In this document: positions 1-6,969 of the stretch, piece after piece
Position numbering within the stretch: the first letter of the stretch is position 1
Layout of the letters: each line of letters opens with the position of its first letter
From: an uncultured bacterium
GTDB taxonomy: Bacteria; Abyssobacteria; SURF-5
Direction: 5' to 3'
DNA length: 10,712 bases
Assembly (NCBI GenBank): GCA_964510165.1
Contig: CAZEBC010000029.1
Location: forward strand, 17,001-27,712
Program-made: the position numbers and the translations under genes
The notes under the pieces: generated by a model
Seen by the model: the letters and a program-made list of their open reading frames with translations, nothing else
The model's database searches: none
Told to the model about the DNA's origin: nothing

Positions 1-65
1 AGGGCCACGCAGTAGATGCCCACGAGGATAATCTGTACAACTTCTATTGTACCAAAATTTTCCAT
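1..65 (-). CDS. 5' end of a membrane protein running off the left edge of the window (partial)
   Basis: The reverse complement from ATG at 65..63 reads MENFGTIEVVQIILVGIYCVA with no stop to the window edge. It has a hydrophobic TM-like N-terminus, an AAGG a few nt upstream of the ATG, and starts 33 nt after the ppdK stop on the same strand. Not in the ORF track. Confidence 0.6.
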   Translation of the reverse strand, partial: MENFGTIEVVQIILVGIYCVA

Positions 66-98
66 AGTTTGCCTTAAAGTGTTACTTGAACCTAGTGC

Positions 99-2849
99 TC
101 ACCTTCTGGCCTTACGCGAGCGGGTGGCTGCGGTCTTGGCCCTCTTCCTGGTGGCGCCGTCAGAGCGTCTCTTCAGGGTCTTTGCAGCAGCCTGTTTTTC
201 TCGAATGACTGCCTGTGCGGCGGCGAGGCGCGCAAGCGGAACCCTGTAGGGCGAGCAACTCACGTAGTTAAGGCCGATCTGGTGGCAGAATTCAACGGAC
301 TCGGGGTCGCCACCGTGTTCCCCGCAGATGCCCAGCTTCAAGCTTGAGTTCGTGCTTCGCCCCTTCTGCGCCGCCATCTTCATGAGTTCGCCGACGCCAT
401 CGCGGTCAATCACCATGAACGGGTCTCTGTCGAGGATGTCCTTGACGCTGTAATCGCGGAGGAACGGCCCGCTATCGTCGCGGCTGAAGCCGAAGGCCAT
501 CTGGGTGAGGTCATTGGTTCCGAAGGAGAAGAACTCGGCATATTCGGCGATCTTGTCGGCGGTAACTGCCCCGCGCGGAACCTCGATCATGGTGCCGATC
601 GTATATTTGACCCTGGTCCCCTTCTCCTTCATAACCTGGTCAGCCACCTCGATGACATGATTCTTCAGGAAGCGCAATTCCGCGTAATGGCCGACAAGCG
701 GGATCATAATTTCGGGGATGACATTTATCTTTTGCGCCGCCAATTCACACGCGGCTTCCATGATGGCCCGCACCTGCATGCGGTATATTTCCGGATACGT
801 GATGCCGAGCCGGCATCCGCGATGCCCAAGCATCGGATTGATTTCTCTCAGGCTCTGAACTTTCTCGGTCAGCTTCTTGGGTCTCACCTTAAGTTCTTTC
901 GCCAACGCCTTGATCTGTTCAGGCTCAAACGGCAGGAACTCGTGAAGCGGCGGGTCGAGCAGGCGAATAGTGACGGGCAGGCCCTCCATCTCCCTGAATA
1001 TTCCGATGAAATCGCCCTTCTGCATCGGGAGGAGCTTTGCGAGGGCGCGCTCGCGGCCCTCAGTGTTGGAGGCGAGGATCATCTCACGCACCGCCATGAT
1101 CCGCTCGCCCTCAAAGAACATGTGTTCGGTCCGGCACAGACCGATCCCTTCGGCCCCGAAGTCGCGAGCGACTTTCGCGTCGCGGGGAGTATCGGCGTTG
1201 GTGCGGACCTTGAGCCGCCGCATCTGGTCGGCCCAAGCCATGAGGGTACCGAAATCTCCGGCCAGGCTCGGCGGGACAGTGGGAACTTCTCCCAGCATGA
1301 CTTCGCCCGCGGCGCCGTCGAGCGAGATGTAATCACCCTCCTTGACGACCATCTGGTCGACACTGAAACTGCGGGACTTGTAATCTATGGCGATGTCGCC
1401 GCAGCCGGCCACGCAGCACTTGCCCATTCCACGGGCGACGACAGCGGCATGCGAGGTCATACCGCCGCGTTGCGTCAAGATGCCCTGTGCGACAGCCATT
1501 CCGCCGATGTCCTCGGGGGACGTCTCGATGCGGACCAGGATCACCTTTTCTCCGTGGCCCGCAAGTTCTTCGGCCCTTTCCGCAGAGAAAACGACCTTTC
1601 CGGTGGCCGCGCCGGGTGAAGCGGGCAGCCCCCGCGCAATTACTTTCTTTTCAGCCTTGGGGTCAAAGGTGGGGTGGAGCAGTTGGTCGAGTTGTCCGGG
1701 CGGAACTCGCAGCACCGCTGTCTCCTTGGAAATGAGCTTTTCTTTCTGCATTTCGACGGCTATTCTTATGGCGGCGGTGGCGGTTCGTTTGCCGCTGCGT
1801 GTCTGGAGCATCCACAGCTTGCCGCGTTCAATGGTGAACTCGACGTCCTCCATTTCACGGTAGTGTTTTTCCAGTCTGTTCCTGATGTTGAGGAGCTGCT
1901 TGTAGACATCAGGCATGTATTCTTCCAAAGACACCATGTTGGGGTTTGTCTTTCCGGCTATGTTAATGGGCTGCGGGGTGCGGATTCCGGCGACGACGTC
2001 TTCTCCCTGGGCGTTGGGCAGATATTCTCCGTAGAAGCGGTTCTCGCCGGTGGCGGGGTCTCGGGTGAAGGCGACGCCGGTGGCGCAGTCGTCACCCATA
2101 TTGCCGAAAACCATGGCTTGCACGTTTGTGGCGGTTCCCCAGTGGTGCGGGATATTATTCAACTCGCGATAGCGTCGGGCGCGCTTGTTGTCCCAGGATT
2201 CGAATACGGCTCCGATGGCGCCCCAGAGCTGATCACGGGGATCATCCGGAAAGTCGCGGCCGGTATGCTTCTTGATGTCCTTCCTGAATTGTCTTGCGAG
2301 GGTCTTCCAGTCATCGGCGCTAAGTTCTACGTCGAGTTTGACACCCTTCTTGTGCTTTCTCTTCTCGATTCGCTCTTCGAACACTTCATCGGGCACGCCC
2401 ATGACGACGTTTCCATACATCTGGAGGAACCTGCGGTAGGAATCATAGACGAACCGCTCGTTTCCGGTTTGTCGAATGAGAGCGCGCATTGTTACCCCGT
2501 TGAGGCCGATATTGAGGACGGTGTCCATCATTCCCGGCATGGAGACGCGCGCGCCTGAGCGGACGGAGACGAGCAACGGGTTATCGGGGTCGCCATATTT
2601 GCGGCCCATGGCCTTTTCGACCTTGGCCATGGCCTTATCAACTTCTTCCCTGAGGCCTTTCGGATACTTGCGGTTGTTCTGGTAGTACTCGGTGCAGACC
2701 TCGGTTGTGATGGTGAAACCAGCGGGAACGGGGATGCCGAGGCTGGTCATTTCCGCCAGGTCGGCGCCCTTGCCGCCCAGCAGGTTCCGCATGGTTCTGT
2801 CACCCTCGGCCTTGCCATCGCCAAAGAAGTATACCCTTTTCTTAGCCAC
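99..2849 (-). CDS. ppdK: Pyruvate, phosphate dikinase (PPDK)
   Basis: Hallmark motifs: LLGGKGA, LLVSVRSGARVSMPGMMDTVLN, NAQGEDVVAGIRTP, LQTRSGKRT, phospho-His motif RGGMTSHAAVVAR, GIGLCRTEHMFF, FSFGTNDLTQ and GICGEHGG. Start reassigned from TTG 2855 to GTG 2849 (916 aa) because the GGAGG at 2862..2858 lies 8 nt from the GTG but only 2 nt from the TTG. Confidence 0.98.
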   Translation of the reverse strand: MAKKRVYFFGDGKAEGDRTMRNLLGGKGADLAEMTSLGIPVPAGFTITTEVCTEYYQNNRKYPKGLREEVDKAMAKVEKAMGRKYGDPDNPLLVSVRSGARVSMPGMMDTVLNIGLNGVTMRALIRQTGNERFVYDSYRRFLQMYGNVVMGVPDEVFEERIEKRKHKKGVKLDVELSADDWKTLARQFRKDIKKHTGRDFPDDPRDQLWGAIGAVFESWDNKRARRYRELNNIPHHWGTATNVQAMVFGNMGDDCATGVAFTRDPATGENRFYGEYLPNAQGEDVVAGIRTPQPINIAGKTNPNMVSLEEYMPDVYKQLLNIRNRLEKHYREMEDVEFTIERGKLWMLQTRSGKRTATAAIRIAVEMQKEKLISKETAVLRVPPGQLDQLLHPTFDPKAEKKVIARGLPASPGAATGKVVFSAERAEELAGHGEKVILVRIETSPEDIGGMAVAQGILTQRGGMTSHAAVVARGMGKCCVAGCGDIAIDYKSRSFSVDQMVVKEGDYISLDGAAGEVMLGEVPTVPPSLAGDFGTLMAWADQMRRLKVRTNADTPRDAKVARDFGAEGIGLCRTEHMFFEGERIMAVREMILASNTEGRERALAKLLPMQKGDFIGIFREMEGLPVTIRLLDPPLHEFLPFEPEQIKALAKELKVRPKKLTEKVQSLREINPMLGHRGCRLGITYPEIYRMQVRAIMEAACELAAQKINVIPEIMIPLVGHYAELRFLKNHVIEVADQVMKEKGTRVKYTIGTMIEVPRGAVTADKIAEYAEFFSFGTNDLTQMAFGFSRDDSGPFLRDYSVKDILDRDPFMVIDRDGVGELMKMAAQKGRSTNSSLKLGICGEHGGDPESVEFCHQIGLNYVSCSPYRVPLARLAAAQAVIREKQAAAKTLKRRSDGATRKRAKTAATRSRKARR

Positions 2850-2857
2850 TGTCAATT

Positions 2858-2862
2858 CCTCC
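2858..2862 (-). promoter_or_regulatory. Shine-Dalgarno site of ppdK
   Basis: Minus strand reads GGAGG-aattgaca-GTG. Confidence 0.85.
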
Positions 2863-2872
2863 GATTTCTCTA

Positions 2873-2928
2873 TTGATATGCTTTCACTCGCGGAACAGCC
2901 CTGGTTCTTATGATTTATAGCATATCAA
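2873..2928. repeat. Perfect 10-bp inverted repeat with 36-nt spacer
   Basis: TTGATATGCT (2873..2882) and AGCATATCAA (2919..2928) are exact reverse complements. Confidence 0.7.
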
Positions 2929-2943
2929 CTTGCAGTTTTGCAA
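2914..2943 (-). promoter_or_regulatory. Putative sigma70-type promoter for ppdK
   Basis: Minus strand TTGCAA (2943..2938), 18-nt spacer, TATAAA (2919..2914) preceded by TG-C (extended -10 pattern), in an AT-rich intergenic stretch. The last -10 position deviates from consensus. Confidence 0.5.
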
Positions 2944-2980
2944 GCCGTTAGAAAGCACCGCAGCGGGAACACGGAGAATC

Positions 2981-4957
2981 TCAATAGTACTCCACGGTCA
3001 TCTTGCGCACGGAACAAAGGGTGTCGGAGACCTGGCTGGGTCGGATAGCCAGTCTGAAGATTCTGGGATTGATGACAGAAAGACCGTTTCTATACATGGG
3101 AATCTTGTACTCGTGAAATCGGCCGTCTGCGACGGCAAAAAACCCGATGGATTTGCCTCCCGTGACGTCCGGCTCGTCCCCGGATACCCAGAAAATTCTT
3201 GCGATGTCTCTCTTTGTGCCGTCCGCGCTGAGCATCATTTCAAGCGTCACGTACTTGATGGGACGCCGGGAGTCAACCCAAGGGAGCCAGAGGAAGGCCC
3301 ATGGGCCCGTCACCTTGAAGGTCGGCGTCGAGGACGCAGCACCCATCATGTAGATATCCTTGCCCGGAGCGAGATACCGTTGTGCGAGCGGCCCATCAAA
3401 CTCCCACGTAATGCGGACGGGGTGGTCGCTGGTTTCCGGCTGGATGTCTCCCTGTTGCGTCAGGGTCTTGGTCTGAGCGTTCCAAGTGAACAGGTAATAG
3501 CGCCAGTCCTCTCCGGAATATGTTTCTCGTTCGAGTGCCACGATCTTGTTGGCGGGCAGGAAATTGAGGCCAGCCTGGAGTACGTTTCTATCATAATAAA
3601 TCGCGACGGCGCCCGGCAGCGCATAGTCTATGCGAGGTATCTCCTTTTCGGCCCAGGGAACGCCCAAGACGTACACACGCGAATATGCCGGAAGCGAGCG
3701 GAATTCAGCAATCAAAGTCTCCATTATTTCCTTGTTTTCGCGCTGAGCCTGGATCCATTGATTATCATAGAACTTGCATAGTCCAATGACCGGCGCCATG
3801 ACGATCCCGAGAAGGACGTATACGTGAACCGGTCGTCGGAGCCACCGTGATACGCCGTCCAGGGTCAATGCAATGATGTAGCATCCTCCCACGGAAGGCA
3901 AGTAGAGGAAGCGAATCCAGTGGGTCAGCGTAAGCACCTTAAAAGTTCCGAGAATTGGAAGAGCCGTTATGGACGCAAAGATAAAGGAGTACGCGAGCGG
4001 GTGAAACGTGATTCGTCTTCTCCATATGCAAATTCCGCACGCAATCAGCATAAGCGTAATGGTAAGGCTTATAACGACTCGCTGGAATGGAAGCTGGGGA
4101 GAGAAAGGAGCAAGCAGATACTTCCATGCGCGCATATACAGGCGGATTATGTCGGTCGCAAAAAGATATGGATTTCCAAAGTACAGCGAGACAAGGCTCT
4201 CTCCTTCAACGGTTCTGTATCCATAACCGGTGTGCAGAAAAGTCTGGATAATATGAAGCGAGACGAAAAGGACACCAAAATAGAGAAAGTACTCAGCAGC
4301 TTTCTTTGCAAACGGGACTTCAAGTTCCTTTTGCCTGCAAAAGAAAAAATCGAACAGGATCAGGGAGAGAGGCAAAGTGAAGGCGCTCTCCTTCGAGAGG
4401 ATGGCAGCCAGGAAACTGCACAACGAGAGGACAAGGAACCGGTTCTTCTGGGAAAGTCTGTAGCAGCCGAACAGGTTGAGAGATAATAGATAGAAAAGCG
4501 CGTCCCACGAGGTAAAATTGATAGATGGCCAATTAACCACCTCCGAGTGGTTCGGGAAGCTCACAAAAACAAAACCGAAAATAGCCGCGGATCGAAGATC
4601 ACCGAACAGAATGAAGAAGAGGTTGGTTGCCGCAATGGCGCAGAGCGCGTGAAGCAGCACAGAGATCGTGTGGAACACGATGGGCGCCGCCCCGAATAAT
4701 TTGTACTGAATCCAGTAACAGAGCATTGGAATCGGCCGGAAGAACTTGTTCTCCAGCACGGTGTCATACCCGAGTAGCGCGTGAGACAGTTTGTTATATT
4801 TGACCGAAGAAATCACCTCGAAATCGTCCATGATGAAATACTGGTTTATCGTGTTGGCAAACACAAGAAACGCAAACACAAAAAGGGCCAACGCCAGGCC
4901 GCGAGGTATATGCCTGGTTTCAGGGATATCTGCGTCTTTTGTTTTCGGCACGTTCAA
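2981..4957 (-). CDS. Polytopic membrane protein, putative GT-C glycosyltransferase (TMTC-like membrane domain plus C-terminal beta-rich domain), paralog A
   Basis: 658-aa ORF with many hydrophobic segments. Motifs IMDDF, FFRPI, FHTISVLLHALC, FPNHSEVVNW, LSKESAFTLP and RFLYLPS match the order and spacing of the TMTC-type DD / YRP / H-N-LH / HP-H-E-V-W / KE / R-LYLPS motifs. The TTG start overlaps the upstream TGA (TTGA), with GGTGGA upstream. The C-terminal ~250 aa are soluble. Confidence 0.75.
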   Translation of the reverse strand: MNVPKTKDADIPETRHIPRGLALALFVFAFLVFANTINQYFIMDDFEVISSVKYNKLSHALLGYDTVLENKFFRPIPMLCYWIQYKLFGAAPIVFHTISVLLHALCAIAATNLFFILFGDLRSAAIFGFVFVSFPNHSEVVNWPSINFTSWDALFYLLSLNLFGCYRLSQKNRFLVLSLCSFLAAILSKESAFTLPLSLILFDFFFCRQKELEVPFAKKAAEYFLYFGVLFVSLHIIQTFLHTGYGYRTVEGESLVSLYFGNPYLFATDIIRLYMRAWKYLLAPFSPQLPFQRVVISLTITLMLIACGICIWRRRITFHPLAYSFIFASITALPILGTFKVLTLTHWIRFLYLPSVGGCYIIALTLDGVSRWLRRPVHVYVLLGIVMAPVIGLCKFYDNQWIQAQRENKEIMETLIAEFRSLPAYSRVYVLGVPWAEKEIPRIDYALPGAVAIYYDRNVLQAGLNFLPANKIVALERETYSGEDWRYYLFTWNAQTKTLTQQGDIQPETSDHPVRITWEFDGPLAQRYLAPGKDIYMMGAASSTPTFKVTGPWAFLWLPWVDSRRPIKYVTLEMMLSADGTKRDIARIFWVSGDEPDVTGGKSIGFFAVADGRFHEYKIPMYRNGLSVINPRIFRLAIRPSQVSDTLCSVRKMTVEYY

Positions 4958-6969
4958 TAGTATTCCACCGACACCTTCCGAATTGAAAACAGTGTTCCCG
5001 CTTTTTGGCTGGGCCGGAGCGCAAAGCGTATGATGTGGGGATCAATGAGTGAGAGGCCGTTTCGGTAAAGCGGGATTTTGTATTCGTGGAAACCCCCGTC
5101 GGCGATGACGTAAAAGCCGATGGAACTGCCTCCTTCGGCCTTTCGGTTGGTCTCGGTCACCCAGAAAAGGCGAGATATATCCTTCCTATTGCCTTTGCCC
5201 TTGAGCATCATCTCGATGGTGAGATATTTGATGGGGCGTTGCGGGCTGACTCTGGGAAGCCAGAGGAAGGCCCATGGCCCATCAATCACAAACGCGGGAA
5301 AGCGAAGTCGCGAGTCATCGAGACGAACGATGTCACGGGTGGCCTCAAGGTGCACCTGATTCTCAGGCGAACCGAATTCCCACACGAAGCGGCCAATCTC
5401 GCCGCGCGACAAAGGTTGTATTTCCTTAATAGTCTCCAATTGCCCTGTATCGGAATTCCAACGCAACCAGAAATAGTGCCAGTCGTTCGTGTCGTAGGTT
5501 TCCCGGTCGAGCGCGAGCACCTTCACCGGTGGCAGATAATCAAGATAGACCTGCACGTGTTCTCTGTCGCAATAAAGGGCTACCGCACAAGGCAGCGAAT
5601 AAAACATGCTCGGGACTTTCACATCCAAGCCGGGCAGGCCTGACACGTAAATCCTGGAATGGCGTGGAAGCTGAGTGGCCTTTTCGACGAGCGCGCTCAC
5701 CAGTTTTTCATTGCTGTTCGCGGCCTCGATCCAATCCTGATCGTAGAGTTTGGTGAGAAATATTGAGGGAATCAATATCAGAATCAACGGGACAAACTTC
5801 AGCCACGGCTTTCTTATGGCCTCCGTCGCCGCGTCCGCGATCATCGAGATGACGTAGCACCCGGCTATTGAGGGCAGATAAAACAGCCTGAACCAGTGTG
5901 AGAGCCCGACGACTCGATACGTTCCCATGAGCGGAAGCAGAGTGATGACTGCAAAAAGAAGGCAATAGGCGAACGGGGCCGGGTTTATCCTGCGCGTCAA
6001 TACGAGAAAAACTGACGCGACGATGATAGCGATGCTCACAACGTACATGATTTCGTTCCAAAATGGGATATCGTCAGCCAGGGGCACAAACAAATATCTC
6101 CAAGCATCCGAATACATTCGGACAAGGTCAGCAGTGAGAACATAGATGTTTCCGAGATACAATGAAATGAGGTCTTCCCCTTCACGCGTGAGGTAACCTG
6201 CGCCCATGCCGAATACCTTTCTGATCACGAGCACGGAGACGAAAAGCAGGCCGAAGTAAGCCGCATGACAGGCAACAAGACTTCGGACGCGCGGCCTGAG
6301 GCCGCGCGAGCGCACCACGAAATAGTCCGTCACTACCAAAGCTAGTGGAAGGGTGAAGGCTGATTCCTTTGACACAATGGCTGCCAGGAGCGAAACCAGC
6401 GATGCTAAGAATGCGGCAAGTCCCGCGCCCAGCCGGTAGTATGCAAACAGGTTCAAAGTCACAAGGTAAAACACCGACGACCACGCATTGAAATCGTCAG
6501 CCGGCCCGTGAAGCACCTCGGTATGATTCGGGAAGGCGACGAAAACAAGGCCGAACATCGCTGCCGCGCGCTTGTTCTGAAACAGGATATAGAGCAGGTT
6601 CGCGGCCAGGAATGCGCAGCATGCGTGAAGCAGCAGTTTGATGATGTGATATGGAATCGGGTTTGGGCCGAAGACCCTGTATGCAAGCCAGAAGAAGAAC
6701 ATTGGCACGGGCCGGAAGAACCAGCCTTCGGCTATGTTGTCGTACAGCAGTAGTACATGCAGAAACTTGTTGTATTTCGCCGAATACAGCATTGGGAAAT
6801 CGTCCATCAAGAAGTAATGACTTATGATGTTTGCAAACACGAGGAAGGTGAACGCAACAAGGAGGACAAATATCAGGGCCGGGAGCCGGTCCGCGGTCTT
6901 CATGCCGCTGTGGCTGTTTCCCGGCACAGGCTGTTTCGAGATACTAGAACTGTTCTCGAGCAAGCTCAT
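4954..6969 (-). CDS. Polytopic membrane protein, putative GT-C glycosyltransferase, paralog B (tandem duplicate of 2981..4957)
   Basis: Same motif series (LMDDF, FFRPV, YHIIKLLLHACC, FPNHTEV, VSKESAFTLP, RLFYLPS) and the same C-terminus (VEYY-stop). 67 of the last 108 aa are identical to paralog A by manual count. The start is uncertain: TTG 6975, ATG 6969 or ATG 6903. Confidence 0.75.
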   Translation of the reverse strand: MSLLENSSSISKQPVPGNSHSGMKTADRLPALIFVLLVAFTFLVFANIISHYFLMDDFPMLYSAKYNKFLHVLLLYDNIAEGWFFRPVPMFFFWLAYRVFGPNPIPYHIIKLLLHACCAFLAANLLYILFQNKRAAAMFGLVFVAFPNHTEVLHGPADDFNAWSSVFYLVTLNLFAYYRLGAGLAAFLASLVSLLAAIVSKESAFTLPLALVVTDYFVVRSRGLRPRVRSLVACHAAYFGLLFVSVLVIRKVFGMGAGYLTREGEDLISLYLGNIYVLTADLVRMYSDAWRYLFVPLADDIPFWNEIMYVVSIAIIVASVFLVLTRRINPAPFAYCLLFAVITLLPLMGTYRVVGLSHWFRLFYLPSIAGCYVISMIADAATEAIRKPWLKFVPLILILIPSIFLTKLYDQDWIEAANSNEKLVSALVEKATQLPRHSRIYVSGLPGLDVKVPSMFYSLPCAVALYCDREHVQVYLDYLPPVKVLALDRETYDTNDWHYFWLRWNSDTGQLETIKEIQPLSRGEIGRFVWEFGSPENQVHLEATRDIVRLDDSRLRFPAFVIDGPWAFLWLPRVSPQRPIKYLTIEMMLKGKGNRKDISRLFWVTETNRKAEGGSSIGFYVIADGGFHEYKIPLYRNGLSLIDPHIIRFALRPSQKAGTLFSIRKVSVEYY

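Noticed and set aside
657..2558. Long plus-strand ORFs 657..1619 (320 aa) and 1674..2558 (294 aa)
   Set aside because: They are antisense shadows of ppdK with no recognisable motifs. Long open antisense frames are expected opposite GC-rich, codon-biased genes.
2850..2855. TTG start for ppdK given by the ORF track
   Set aside because: It is only 2 nt from the GGAGG. The GTG at 2849 has canonical 8-nt spacing.
2925..2984. Possible TTG-initiated 19-codon peptide overlapping the stop of paralog A (same TTGA as at 4954..4957)
   Set aside because: The TTGA arises from the shared TAT-TGA ending. The frame closes after 19 codons inside the ppdK promoter, and there is no evidence of translation.
2930..3781. 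283-aa plus-strand ORF, and similar ORFs at 3920..4486, 5086..5643 and 7262..7612
   Set aside because: They lie antisense to well-supported membrane-protein genes, have no motifs or convincing RBS, and the equivalent region of the paralog does not preserve a matching ORF of the same extent.
99..4957. Direct functional link between PPDK (PEP supply) and the glycosyltransferases
   Set aside because: No PEP-consuming glycan enzymes are in the window, and ppdK appears to have its own promoter. Adjacency alone is not evidence.
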